From Isurus oxyrinchus (lineage: Eukaryota), in NCBI GenBank assembly GCA_026770705.1, contig JANJGN010000026.1, positions 24,490,001-24,554,000 of the forward strand: DNA of 64,000 nt, written 5' to 3'. The number at the start of each line of letters is the position of its first letter. Positions within the stretch are counted from its first letter, which is position 1. The position numbers and the translations under genes were made by a program. Shown piece by piece: positions 49,531 to 62,089 of this stretch. The notes beneath the pieces are model-generated. The model saw only the letters and a program-made list of their open reading frames with translations. It made no database searches and had not been told where the DNA came from.

Positions 49531-50348
49531 ATGGAAAGTAGGAACAGAGTGCCATCAGGGAAACAACATAGCGCAATGGAACTCAACTGGGGAACTGCAG
49601 ACTCCATTACGAGGTTCATAGCGGAACAGCAGTCAAAACTAATCACAAAAATGCTGAAGGAGGGGTGGAATCCACAGGGAACCCCTGAAGAACTAAAACA
49701 GTGGTGGTTAGAGCAAAAAAAGGATAAGCGAAAGAAAGGGATGATGGTTATTATCACACCGTACCTACAGTTGTGCAGACAGGTACTAAATTCCAATCGA
49801 TTAGAGAGAGAAACAAAGTCAGATCCAGGACAGATCAGAGCAGTGGCGGCAGCTTGTAGTGATACTGATCAAGAAGAGGAGAGCTCTGAAGGAGAAACCA
49901 ATGAGGGAGCAGAAACCACCCCACCGTAACCCATGGCCCCTTTGGCAGTAACTGTTAGGAAAAGTAAAGTCAGGAGAGGCTATCTAAAATCCATTGGGAG
50001 AAAGGGAGCTGAGGAATAGGGGGAGAATGAAGAGATTAAGAGGGTTATGGAGAAAGTTAAGCACATACCACTCAGCCCGGGGGAGAAGCAGGTTTTGCTT
50101 AAAGAACTGCTGAGACTTAAAACTCGGCACAACCCAGATTTCTGTACCAAATTGTGGGAAATGCAAGATTTCCATGCAATGCACCCCTTGATACCCATAT
50201 ACTGGTGAAGGCTAAATGCCCAGGGGATATCTGGGGAAGATTACCCCTGCAGTTTAGAAGTGGAGACAGGGCGAAACCTGGGGGCGTCCCAGATCGGGAG
50301 AAGGCGACTGCCCTGCACAGTGAGTTTGAGAGGGCGGTCAAAGAAGCT
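49531..50348 (+). pseudogene. gag: gag 5' part (stops/frameshift), truncated
   Basis: First long ORF after LTR-PBS-leader; decayed PPPY-like motif (CCC CCA CCG TAA); overlaps gag of copy 1. Confidence 0.75.
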
Positions 50349-50660
50349 TCTAACCCCTGTAAAAGGAGTTTCCAAAATTCATCCCTGTCAGTCCCGGATA
50401 GAAATTCACAATATTCTCTCCTCCTGCTCCAAGTTTGTACCGGGACATTTCCTCTCGGCTTCACCGGTAGCTTCTCATTTGGCGTTTGCGGTTTTCACAG
50501 CACGTTTCCGAAGCCTTTCCGTCCGCCCGCCGGATCCATCGCTCCCTCCGCACCCCCCCCCCCCCCCCCCCCCCCTTTACCCATTGTGGATCTGGGAAAG
50601 AAGCGTCTGTCCCTGGTCATGACTGACACTGCGCATGCTCCCAACACTGGGCGGCACTGT
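50349..50660 (-). pseudogene. 5' part of a ZNF-cluster gene (GC-rich promoter and splice acceptor) fused to ERV gag
   Basis: Reverse strand GAATTTCTATCC..GGAAACTCCTTTTACAG|GGGTTAGAAG matches ZNF acceptors at 62041-62100 and 58390; GCATGCGCAGT motif as at 55493. Confidence 0.6.
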
Positions 50661-50799
50661 GTTTGCGCACTGCTCCCCTGTGGTGATGGACAGGGGACAT
50701 TCTCCACCGCGGGGGATGCTGGGTAAAAATGCTGCCATAGAGAATCCCAATTATGAACAGCTTTTTTTTTGCTTTCACGCTGGGGTCGGACGGCCAACA

Positions 50800-52025
50800 A
50801 ATAAGATTAAATTCATGCTAGTTTTCCTTAATTAACCCATATTTATCGATGTGATATTTAATTTTATCTCTAATCATTGCTTCTAGAATTTTCCACACCA
50901 CGGAAGTTAAACTGACTGGCCTGTCGTTACTGGGCTTATCTTTATCTTTTTCCAACAAATTTGTAACATTTGCAATTCTCCAGTCCTCTGGAGCCACCTC
51001 TGTGTCTAAGTGAAATTGGAAAATTATGCCAGTACCTCTGCAATTTCCACTCTCACTTCCCTCATTATCCTTGGATGTAACTCATCCAGTCCTGGCGCTT
51101 TATTAACTTTAATTATAGACAGCCTATCTAATACCTCCTTCTTATCAATTTTAAATACCTCGTGTATTTTAATTACCTCCTCTTTCACTGTGGTCTGGTA
51201 GCATCTTTTTCCTTGGTAAAGACAGATGCAAAGTATTCTTATAAAAGCAAAATACTGTGGATGCTAGAAATTGGAAACAAAAGCTCAGCAGGTCTGACAG
51301 CCTCTTACTCTCTCCAATATTATACTCTCATTCATTCTCTGTCCAGGAAGAATGTGTCCATTGTCCTTTGTTGCTTCATTGGCCTTTATTGCTTTTTATC
51401 ATCCTTAATTGGCCTTTAATGTAAGTGGATTGGAGTAGAAGAATTAAGTTGTCTTGCTACAATCATACAAGGCTTTTCTGAGACCACAACTGCAACCCTG
51501 TATGCAGTTTTGGTTTCCACATTTAAATACAGATATACTTGCAGTGGAGGGAGTACAGTGAGGGTTCACTACATTGGTCCCTGGGGTGAAATGGTTGTCC
51601 TATGACGAGTGGCTGCTTAAATTGGCCTATAACCTCAGGAGTTTAAAAGATGAGAGGTGATCTCATTGAAACATTTAAGATTCTAAGGAGCTTGATAGGG
51701 CAGACATGAAAAGGTTCTCTTCCCGGCTGAAGAATCAAAAAGATGGGGCACAGTCTCAGGATAAGGAGCCGATCATTTAGGACTGAGGTGAGGAAAAAAA
51801 TATTCACTCTTGTTGTTGTGAATAATTGGAATTCTCTACTCCAGAGGGTTCTGGATGGTCTATTGTTGGATACATTTAAGGCTGAGATAGACAATTCTTT
51901 GATCTCTCAGTGAATCGACGGATATGGGGAACAGGTGGGAAAGTGAAGTTGAAGCAGAAGATCAGCTATGATCATATTCAGTGATGGAGCAGGCTCGAGG
52001 GGCCCTATGGTCTAACCTGCTGCTT
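50800..52025. mobile_element. CR1 LINE fragments (50.8-51.24 kb minus; 51.41-52.02 kb plus) and a short PLE end at 51.24-51.30 kb
   Basis: RPVSLTS motif on the minus strand; RGDLIETFKIL motif on the plus strand. Confidence 0.7.
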
Positions 52026-53589
52026 TTTCTTATGCACTTACATCCAGAAAATGCATGTAAAACTGATACAATTTCTGATTCCCAGCTGTTTGTGTTTTAA
52101 TATTGTCCCACTGAGTAATTTCACTGTGACTGAATACGGTTTTACTGATCAATGGACATTGAGCTCTCAGTGACTGCACTGCAGAAACCATTCGTTTAAC
52201 TGTTCTGTGTGGAAATGACAAACTGAGTTAACAAACTGGTTAACAGGTACACTTCTTTCAAGCACTGAGATTAAAGAGGGGAAATGTGTTGTTGTTGACA
52301 GCAAGCAGTCTCAGGAATTCCATGTCTGATTGATTGTTTTTATTTAATTGTAAGAAAATAGGGAAATGTAACACAGAAATAAGAGGAGTTCATACAACTC
52401 CACTCCCATCCATTTTACATCATTATTTTGTTAAACATTCCAAGATTTAATCTTTTTAATCCTATTTGTCTTCAATACTCGACTTTCTAAGAGCTTATTT
52501 TAAACTCTTCAACTCATTTGTGATGGTCACTCTCTGTGCCAAACCTGCTTTTTTAGGAAATAAATTGATCATTACATCTCTCTGCCAGCCTAACTTTCTC
52601 TCTTTCTATGTATCTGTCTTTCTTACTCTGCATCATTCTCCATCAATCCCACTCTTTACGGTCTTTGGAAAATATATTGTCCTTCAATAGAAACAGGAGG
52701 ATGTCATTCAGCCCCCTTGACTGTGCTCTGAATTCGCTAAAAGAATTGCTGAGCTGCCTGTCAGTATTATCCCCTTACCACCATCTTCCTCACTCAACAA
52801 AAACAGGAACAACTCTGGCAAACAAACACCCAGGAGGAGGTTGGGTGTGGGCGGGGGGGGGGGGGGGGGGGCTCAGCTCCACTTGAGCATTCATTGACTG
52901 AACCAAAGTCCAACACCATAATCACTCAACCAATCTGTTGCATTGCAACCTTTTGCTGACCACTCATTGGGCCTTTCAGTGAACGAGACAGGACACATAC
53001 CGATGGTCATGATGAGTTTCTTTTTCTCAAATGTTCCTTTGTTCTATTTTCATCAGTCTCCAATTTGAAATGACTGACAAGTTTCTCATGGTATTATAAC
53101 TGAGAATGTGTCTATCTGCTCAGCATTAATTGAACACGGTAAGAGAGGTGCTTTGGGATTATTTGAACTTGGCTTCAGCTCATGAACCCAGTGGTTCACT
53201 GAGGGCTCAGTGATACACGTGCTACTGACATATTCACAAAGCAGGGAAGAGACTGTGAAGAGAAACTGTGTATCTGCATATGTATCAATATGACATGGAC
53301 AAGAAGATAGAAAGGAGGGAAACTGAAATGAGTAGAGTGTATGAAGGCAGATAGAAAGACAGAAAAATACATGGTGGAGGCACATTGTTTATAATGTACC
53401 TTCACTTGTCTGTGATTATAGATATCCAGTAATATAATGGTTGTGAATTTAATGTTATCATGTTTTGCTTCAAGATTCAAACATCCACCTTCAAGTTTGA
53501 CATGTAAAAAATCTTCTCTGTTGCCTTTCCAGAGAATCATCAGGGGTTTCAATGATGATGGTGACGGCAATCATTATTATTATTTCATG

Positions 53590-53815
53590 TTGATATAACC
53601 AAGAAACAGTGGATAGTGGAGGGGATCCTCTTATGACAGATGATGAGGAAAGTAATGCCACACTAACTTGCACCTTAAAATCGTAGACCTCATGTGTGCC
53701 GGCATCGTCAGAATATCAGTAAACCTCCACAATGTTACACGAGAATGTCATTCCCACTCGGTCTGTAACAGTGGAACCATTCCCCCTGTAAGCAGGCTGA
53801 CTGTAACCTAGCTCG
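53590..53815 (+). pseudogene. Possible decayed V relic (30.4-kb family) inside the ZNF cluster
   Basis: YNQETVD...DDEESNATLTCTLKS and (W>R)HRQNISKPPQ resemble CHQDTVE...EEKSNITIVCTLKI..WYSQSPEQRPQ; preceded by a GAT-rich intron; 3' end replaced by CR1. Confidence 0.5.
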
Positions 53816-53817
53816 GG

Positions 53818-54700
53818 GTCATAGAGTCATAGAGTTATGCAACATATAAGCAGGCCCTTCGGCCCATTGTGGCCATGCTGGCCTTCTAGCACCAACCTAC
53901 TCTAATCCCATTTCCCAGCACTTGGCCTACAGCCCTGTATGTAATGGCGTTTCAAGTGCTCATCTAAATACTTCTTAAATGTTGTCAGGGTTCCTGCCTC
54001 TACCACCCCCTCAGGCAGTGTGTTCCAGATTCCAACCACCCTCTGTGTGAAACTATTTTCCTCAAATCCTCTCTAAAGCTCCTGCCCCTTACCTTAAATC
54101 TAAGCCCCCTGGTTATTGACACCTCCACTGAGGAGAAAAGGTTCTTCTTATCTACCCTATCTATGCCCCTCATAATTTTGTACACCTCTGTCAGGTCCCC
54201 CCACAGCCTTCTCTGCTCTAAGGAAAACAGCCCTAACCTATCCAGTCTCCCGCTCCAGCCCAGGCAATATCCCGGTGAATCTCCTCTGCACCCTCTCCAG
54301 TGCAATCACATCCTTCCTATCGTGTGGTGACCAGAATTGCACGGAGTACTCCAGATATGGTCCAACTAGTGTTTTATACAGCTCCAACATAATACCCCTG
54401 CTCTTATATTCTATGCCACGACTAAAAAAGGCAAGTATCCCATATGTCTTCTTAATCACCCTGTCTACCTGTGCTGCTGCTTTCAGGGATCTATGGACTT
54501 GTACACCAAGGTCCCTCTGATCCTCTGTACTTCCCAGGCTCCTAACATTCATTTGTATTCTCTTGCCATATTAGTCCTCCCAAAATGCATCACGTTACAT
54601 TTCTCAGGATTAAACTCCATTTGCCACTGCTCTGCCCATTTTACCAGCCCATTTATATTATCCTGTAATCTAAGGCTTTCCTCCTCACTATTTACGACAC
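53818..54700 (-). mobile_element. CR1 LINE 3' fragment
   Basis: WAEQWQMEFNPEKC, LYKTLVGPYLEYSVQFWSP. Confidence 0.92.
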
Positions 54701-55215
54701 TGGGAGCAACTGAACAACCTGTCCTTGGTGTGAGCTCATTGGTGCTCAGTGAGATGTACTGACTCGCTGAACAACTCCCCACAGTGAGAGCAGCTGAACG
54801 GTCTCTTGAGAGTGTGAAGGAGCTGGTGGTCTTGTAAGGCAGGAGGTCTGGCTGAATCTCTTACCGCAGTGGGAGCAGCTGAACAGTCTCTCATCAGTGT
54901 AATTTCACTGGTGTTGGACCAGTTCCTCAAAACTTTTCCTAGAGTCAGAGCATTGAAGAAGCTCCTCAGCAAAGTGATCGAGTTGGTGTGCCAGCAGATT
55001 GGATGAACACATGAATTTCTTCCCATACATGGAGCAGGTAATCGACCTGTATGCTCGCTGTCGTGTTAACATGTTTACCAGCTGTATCAAATACTTCCAA
55101 CAGGAGGAGTAGGTGAACCGTCTCCCACCAGTTTCCAACTCAGACGGTCAATTAAATCCCTTCAGATGTCCAAGTCTTCAGATCCCGATGAATTGAGTGG
55201 CAGTCAGATTTGAAG
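54701..55215 (-). pseudogene. C2H2 zinc-finger pseudogene
   Basis: RPFSCSHCGELFSESVHLTEHQ and other decayed fingers. Confidence 0.8.
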
Positions 55216-55294
55216 TTGTTCCCGGAGAGAAGCTCGAAGCGGCGGATAGTGATAGTGCAGAATGTTCACTGTTTAATATTCGGCTCTGGGGCCG

Positions 55295-55550
55295 CACTCG
55301 GGATTGGTAAACCCCGCCCGAGGTTTATTTACCTGCTCCCGAGAGTGACCTCTCACCTGACACCTCACAATGCCTGGCTGATTGACGGCAGCTCCGGGCC
55401 AATAGCAGGAGGGGGTATGTCAGCGGCAGCAGCAACAGCTGGTTCTCGAGCCAATCGGAGTAATCGAGGGGCGGGGTTAGGCTGCGATTGAAGCATGCGC
55501 AGTACTGGAATCGGAGCCGGAGGAAGGCGGTCGTGTTGTGATCACAAAGG
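55295..55550 (+). promoter_or_regulatory. GC/CCAAT promoter and non-coding first exon of the ZNF gene
   Basis: Multiple CCAAT/ATTGG, GGGGCGGGG, GCATGCGCAGT (NRF1-like); donor AAGG|GTGAGA at 55550. Confidence 0.6.
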
Positions 55551-55574
55551 GTGAGAAATGAAGCCGACGGCTGG

Positions 55575-55730
55575 GGATTGTGAACTGGGGGGAGCCTGGA
55601 AACCACGCGCGAGCTCAGAGGGCGAGGAGATTGTGAATCAGGGGGGGCCAGGAAACCGCAAGTGAGCTCTGAGAGCAGGTGGAGATTGTGAATTGGGGGG
55701 AGCCTGGAAACCGCACGTGAGCTCGGAGGA
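55575..55730 (+). repeat. About 55-bp tandem repeat, 3 copies
   Basis: GATTGTGAA..GGGGGG..CC.GGAAACC..GAGCTC repeated. Confidence 0.8.
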
Positions 55731-55734
55731 TGGG

Positions 55735-56040
55735 GCGACAGTGGCCTAGTGGTAATATCACTGGGCTAGAAACCCAGAAACCCTGTTCTGAGGATATGGG
55801 TTCAATTCAGTGAATAAATCTGGAACTTAAACCTGGTCTCGGAAATAGTGACCATAAAACTACCATGGGTTGTTTTAAACCCATCTGGTTCACCAGCGCC
55901 CCTTCAGGGAAGGAAATCTGCCAACCTGCATGTGACTCCAGACCCACAGTGAAGTGGTTCACTCTGAAACGGTCCAGCAAGCCCTTCAGTTCCAGGGCTA
56001 TTCGGGATGGGCAATGCCCACATCCCATCAGAGAAATTTT
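55735..56040 (+). mobile_element. tRNA-derived SINE
   Basis: GTGGCCTAGTGG A-box, GGTTCAATTC B-box. Confidence 0.75.
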
Positions 56041-56082
56041 TAAAAATCATGGTGGCTGTGGGACTGGAAACCCTGGTAAGAG

Positions 56083-56320
56083 ATAAAAACAAAAACACTG
56101 CAGATGCTAGAAATCCAAAACAAAAACAGAATTACCTGGAAAAACTCAGCAGGTCTGGCAGCATCGGCGGAGAAGAAAATAGTTGATGTTTCGAGTCCTC
56201 ATGACCCTTCAACAGAACTCAGTTGAAGGGTCATGAGGACTCGAAATGTCAACTATTTTCTTCTCCGCCGATGCTGCCAGACCTGCTGAGTTTTTCCAGG
56301 TAATTCTGTTTTTGTTTTGT
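56083..56320. mobile_element. Palindromic PLE-end insertion
   Basis: Inverted arms; TSD AACCCTGGTAAGAG at 56069-56082 and 56321-56334. Confidence 0.9.
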
Positions 56321-56639
56321 AACCCTGGTAAGAGGCCTGGCTTATGCCTGTCACCATCATGGGAGGGGAAGGTGGGGGGGGGGGGGTGAATGGGTGGCCA
56401 TATTGGTGAGGGGATTGTCATTTGTGGGAGAGGATTCCAAATTTTTGTTTTTGTGTCAACAATTGTTACCTCATTTCAATCTGAAAGACCTGGCTACAAT
56501 TTTTAGACTATGTCCCTAGTCCACAACTCCCTAGTTAACAGAAATAATTTCTCTCTATCTTGAATAAATTCCTGGAAACACAATCCGAGTTTCAGTCATC
56601 TCTCCTGATAATTTAATTTCAGGTATCACTGTGACTGGA

Positions 56640-57190
56640 AAAGCACCTGGATACACAAAGCCCTGGTCAGACCAACCTGGATATCAGTTTTCAGTTCTGG
56701 GCAGGAAGGCTACATTTTCCTTGGAGGGAGTGCAGCACAGACTTACCTGAAAGATACCTGGACTCCAAGAGTTAAATTGTGAGGAGAGATATCACAAAGT
56801 TGGGTTGTATTCCTTGGAACTTAAAAGATTAAGGGGTGATTTGATCAAAGTTGTCAAAATATTAATTGGAATTGAGTGGATAGATAGAGAGAAACAATTT
56901 CCACCAGTTGGAAAATCTGGGACTGGGGGCATAGTGTAAACATGGGAGCCAGACCTTTCAGAAGTGAAGTTAGCAAACACCTCTACACAAAGGGAGGTAG
57001 AAGTGAGGTACTCTGTTCCACAAACAGCAGTTAATGCGAGATCGATGTTAATGTTAAATCTGACATTGAACAATCTTTGTTAACCAAAGATATTAATGGA
57101 TGTAGAGCAAAAGCAAGTGTATAGAGTTAGATCACAGATCAGCCATGATCTCATTTCATGATGGTACAGACACGAGGGACTAAATAGCCA
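56640..57190 (+). mobile_element. Degraded CR1 LINE
   Basis: LELKRLRGDLIKVVKIL motif. Confidence 0.7.
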
Positions 57191-58543
57191 TCCCCTAGAA
57201 TCATAGAAACTTACAGCACAGAAAGAGACCATTCAACCTTTTGTGCTTCTGTTGTCTCTTTGAAAGAACAGTCATGTTTAGACCCACATACCCGCATTCT
57301 GTCTGTAATCAGTAAGTTCCTCATTCTCAAATCCCTGTTAACTTCCTTTTAAAATTCCCTGTAGAATCAGGTTCCAGCACCTATTCAGGTCAAGAGTTCC
57401 CGATCCTGACAGCTCCCTGTTGGTGCAGAAACTGCTGAACCCATTATTGAGTCTGGAAGGTTGTAAGGTGTCGAATCGAAAGATGAGCTGCTGTTCCTCA
57501 AGCTCCCAATGAACTTCATTAGAACAGTTCTTGGGATCAAGGACAGAGAGGTCAGAGTGGGAGTGGGGTAGACAATTAGAATGACAAGTGACTGGAACTC
57601 AGGGTCAAACTCACAGACTGAACGGAGGTTGTTCCACAAAGTGATCACCCAATCTGTGTTTGATCTGCCCCATTTAGTGCAGACCACATGGTGAGCACTG
57701 AATAAAGAAACTAAATGGAAAAAATTATAAGTAAATCACTGTTTGTTGTAGGCCAAAGAAAGATACTTCATTTGAAGAGTAAGGGTTACAAAGTAAAACA
57801 AGCCGATTTCCAGAATATTAAATCACCAGTCCAGTTATAGAGATTATTAACATCAGCAGAAACAAACCCAAACTATCAGAATGAACATGGTTCAGTCCTG
57901 AATATGATGAACAGCAGAATCCAACTCCTGGAGTCACTGCTGAACTCGCAGGTGTGTCAGCCGGTTGGATGATGGAGCAGGTGTCTGGCCTCTCCCCAGT
58001 GTGAACTCGCTGCTGTGTCTCTTGGAGCTGATGGTTATCCCCGTGCACCATGTCTTTCCAGGTGGTGGGTGTCATGGGTTTGGGAGATTCTATCAAAACT
58101 TCTGGTTGAATTGCAGATCTATGATTTCCATCTCCTTTTCCCTTCCTCCACCTCTCTCTCCTCCCATAGAGGCCAGAGTCTTGTGTAGGCCCAGACTGGG
58201 TGGCAGGTTCCCTTCCATGAAGGACATTGGTGAACCAGTTGGGTTTTTATGACAATCCAGCAATTTTCATGGTCATTTTTTCCTAGTGCCACCCCCACAA
58301 ATTACCAGATTCATTCAGCTCAATTTCACAGCCTGCCTTTGTGTTTTTGTGCATTCTGTTTCATATTTCCTTGTTTGTTTTAAATTAATTTTACAGGGTC
58401 TTAGAAAGATTTTCAGTTGGGAAAGTCAAACCAAACATCACATCAAAATCTGCCATGACTCGATTCATCAGGACCTGAATATCAGCAGCCTTTGAACATG
58501 GAAGCAAAAAGTACCATTCACACCAGACAGAAACCCTGGAAAA

Positions 58544-59422
58544 ATGGGGACTGTGGGAACTCATCAACGCAATCATACCGGGGAAAGGCCGTTCATCTGC
58601 TCTGTGTGTGGGAAGGGATTCATTCAGTTAGTCTGTCTTCAGAGGCACCAGCGACTTCACACTGGGGAAAGGCCGTTCACCTGTTCTGTGTGTGGAAAAG
58701 GATTCACTCTCTCATCCCACCTGCTGAAACACCAGCAAGTTCACACTGACAAGAGAGAGTTTAAATGTCCCAAATGTGAAAAGAGGTTTAAAAACCCACA
58801 CGGACTGAGGGTGCACCTGCACATTCACACCAGGTATGCACCATTCAGCTGCTCACAGTGTGGGAAGAGATTCAGGACATCACCCCATCTTCTGACACAC
58901 CAACGAGTTCACACTGACAAGAGACCTTTTAAATGTTCGGACTGTGGGAAGTGTTTCAAAACTCCTGAGGATCTGCAATATCATCAACATATTCACACTG
59001 ATGAGACACCGTTCAGGTGCTCTCACTGTGGGACTGGCTTCAGACAATCGTCTCACCTCACTACACACCAGCGCACTCACACTGGGGAGAGGTCATTCAC
59101 CTGCTCCCAGTGTAGGAAGGGATTCAGTCAGTCATCCAACCTGTTGACACACCAACAAGTTCACACTGAGGAGAGGCCATTTACCTGCTCTGAATGTGGA
59201 AAGGGATTCACACGATCATCCCACCTGCTGAGCCACCAGCGCATTCACACTGGGGAGAGGCCGTTTACCTGCTCCAAGTGCGGGAAGGGATTCACACAAT
59301 CATCAGCACTGCTGACACACCAGCGAGTTCACACCGGGGAGAGACCCTTCACCTGCTCCATGTGTGGGAAGGGATTTAATCGATCATCCAACCTGGGGAA
59401 ACACCAGCGAGTTCATATGTAG
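58544..59422 (+). CDS. C2H2 zinc-finger protein, 10 tandem fingers, no KRAB in this exon
   Basis: CxxC-x12-HxxxH x10 with TGERPF linkers; exon acceptor at 58396. The family-typical ATG at 58498 is out of frame. Confidence 0.9.
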   Translation: MGTVGTHQRNHTGERPFICSVCGKGFIQLVCLQRHQRLHTGERPFTCSVCGKGFTLSSHLLKHQQVHTDKREFKCPKCEKRFKNPHGLRVHLHIHTRYAPFSCSQCGKRFRTSPHLLTHQRVHTDKRPFKCSDCGKCFKTPEDLQYHQHIHTDETPFRCSHCGTGFRQSSHLTTHQRTHTGERSFTCSQCRKGFSQSSNLLTHQQVHTEERPFTCSECGKGFTRSSHLLSHQRIHTGERPFTCSKCGKGFTQSSALLTHQRVHTGERPFTCSMCGKGFNRSSNLGKHQRVHM

Positions 59423-59734
59423 CTGCACTGCTCTGATTCTGCTGCTGTTAATCAGATTCAGGAGTAAACCTTATTAATTATGATATTGGGGAAGTGTTGA
59501 TGCTGTTGTTGCTAACCACAGTATCTGGGCTGGAATTGACAATTATGAAGTGCCTTTCACAATCTCAGAACAGCTCTGTGTGCAGTAAGCCTCCACAAAC
59601 AGCAATGTGATAATGACCAGAGATGATCTGCTTTTAGTGAGATTGCTTGAGGGTGAAATATTGGCCTCACAGGGGAGAACTCCCCTCCTCTCCTTCCAAG
59701 TAGTGGCCATGGGATCCTTCACAGTCCATGTCCA

Positions 59735-60560
59735 AATGCAACTACACCTGGACAATATCCAGATTTGGGCTGACAAATGGCAAGTAACATTCACGCCATA
59801 GAAGTGTCAGGCAATGGCCATCTCCAACAAGAAAGAATCCAGCCATCGGCCCTTGATGTTCAAAGGCATTACCATCACTGAATCCCCCACGATCAACATC
59901 CTGGGGGTTACCATTGACCAGAAACTGAACTGGACCAGCCATATAAATACTGTGGCTACAAGAGCAGGTCAGAAGCTAGGAATCATGCATCGAATAATTC
60001 ACCTCCTGACTCCCCAAAGCCTGTCTACCATCCACAAGGCACAAGTCAGGAGTGTGTTGGAATACTCCCCACTTGCCTGGATGAGTGCAGATCCCACAAC
60101 ACTCAAGAAACTTTACACCGTCCAGGACAAAGTAGCCTGCTTGATTGGCCACCACATCCTCAAACATTCACTCCCTCCACCACCGATGCACAGTAGCAGC
60201 AGTGTGTACCATCTGCAAGGTGCACTGCAAGAATTCACCAAGGTCCCTTCAACAGCACCTTTCAAACCCACAACCGCTACCATCTAGAAGGTCAAAGGCA
60301 GCAGATAGATGGGAATACCACCACCTGGAAGTTTCCCTCCAAGTCACTCACTAGACTGACTTAGAAATATATCACCGTTCTTCACTGTTGCTGGGTCGAA
60401 ATCCTGGAACTCCCTCCCTAACAGCACTGTGGATGTACCTACATCACATGGACTGCAGCGGTTCAAGAAGGCAGCTCACCGCCACCATCTCAAGGGCAAC
60501 TAGGGATGGGCAATAAATGCTGGCCCAGCCAGCGAAGCCTACATCGCATGAATGAATGAA
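59735..60560 (+). mobile_element. LINE RT 3' fragment (second family)
   Basis: LDNIQIWADKWQVTF; ILGVTIDQKLNWTSHI; YSPLAWMS. Confidence 0.9.
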
Positions 60561-60579
60561 CAAAAAACATCTAGACTAT

Positions 60580-61300
60580 TGTGTACAGTACTGTTTTCCT
60601 TATTTAGGAAAGTTGTCAATGTGTTATAAGCAGTTCAGAGATGGTTTACTAGACTAATACCAGGAATGGGTGGGTTGTCTTATGAGGAAAGGCTTTTTTT
60701 TCATTTGTTCATGGGATGTGGGCATCACTGACTAGGCCAGCATTTGTTGCCCATCCCTAATTGCCCTTGCTCAGAGGCATTTCAGAGTCAACCACATTGT
60801 TGTTGGTCTGGAGTCACATGCAGGCCAGACTAGGTAAGGATTGCACAGTAAAGGGCATTAGTGAACCAGATGGGTTTTTACAACAATCGGCAATGGTTTC
60901 ATGGTCATCAACAGACTTTGAACTCCAGATGTTTTATTGGATTTAAATTCCAGCATCTGCCGTGGTAGGATTCAAACCTGAGTCCCCAGAGCGTTACCCT
61001 GGGTCTCTGGAATACTAGTCAATGACAATACCACTGTGCCACCGCCTCCCCTCCCACCAAGGTTTGGCTTGGACAGGTTAGGCTTGTATCCACTGGAATT
61101 TAGAAGAACAAGAGGTGACTTAATTGAAATGTTTAAGATCCTGAGGGGTTTTGACAGGGTGGATGTGGAGAGGATGTTTCCTCCGGTCAGAGAATCTAGA
61201 ACTAGGGGGTCACTGTTTAAAAATAAGGTGTTGCTCATTTAAGACAAAGATGAGGAGAATTTTTTTCCCCTCAGAGGGCTGTGAGTCTTTGGAACTCACC
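60580..61300 (+). mobile_element. CR1 fragment split by a minus-strand SINE (60693-61045)
   Basis: SYEERL | LDRLGLYPLEFRRTRGDLIE rejoined across the SINE. Confidence 0.8.
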
Positions 61301-62089
61301 ATTAGAGATATAAATTATCCACGTGGGTCAAAAAATCAAAGGGGTTGTTTTTACGGTAAAAGACAGTTAATTTACATTTCTGTTTGGGCCATCCTTGGTA
61401 TATCACGTCATGTAGATAGGCTGTGGGGGTTAGGAAAGTTCTTTGGTTTAATTTATCTGTGTGTGGCCATCTTGGTGATGCAACAGAGAGTGGGCGGGGC
61501 TTCATGGTCCCAGTGACCAGGAGAGAAAATGATGAATTCATTGATGAAATTCTCACTCTCCACACAGGGACTTGAGAACAGAACCCAGCCAGATTAGAGA
61601 GAGGGATAAACTGGGAGTGAGAAGAGGAATGGTGGAGATGGTATGATGGGTTTGGCGGGATGACCATATCTCATGGAGAAAATTAAGGGACAACCTGTCA
61701 TGAGAATCCGTATGAGTGGGTGGTAGGGTCTTGGTTGGGATGCTGCCAGAGCTGGTGAGGCACGGAGGAATGGGGTGAATTGGCTGCCAGAGCTGTTGGA
61801 GCACAGAAACAGTAAGGCACAGTGTTCTGCATGAGGCATGACCACAAAGGTCCAATTTAAGGGACAAACAGTGTTCTGCACCAGGAAGCCCAGGACAGCT
61901 GAATACAGGACAATTCTGTAAAATCCTATGTTTTGGATTCCAGCACAGGGAGGAGGAAGAGTGTGTGGGATGAGGGTTTACTGCCTTGCAGGAACAAGAG
62001 AGGAAACCATGTTCCATAGAAACCAAAATTGTCTGTTTAGAATTTCTATCCTGTCTTTACAGTGATGAGTTTTGTAAACTCCTTTTCCA

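Noticed and set aside
50154-50726. 190-aa ORF as a novel gene
   Set aside because: It is a chimeric read-through of the gag remnant into GC-rich promoter and poly-C sequence.
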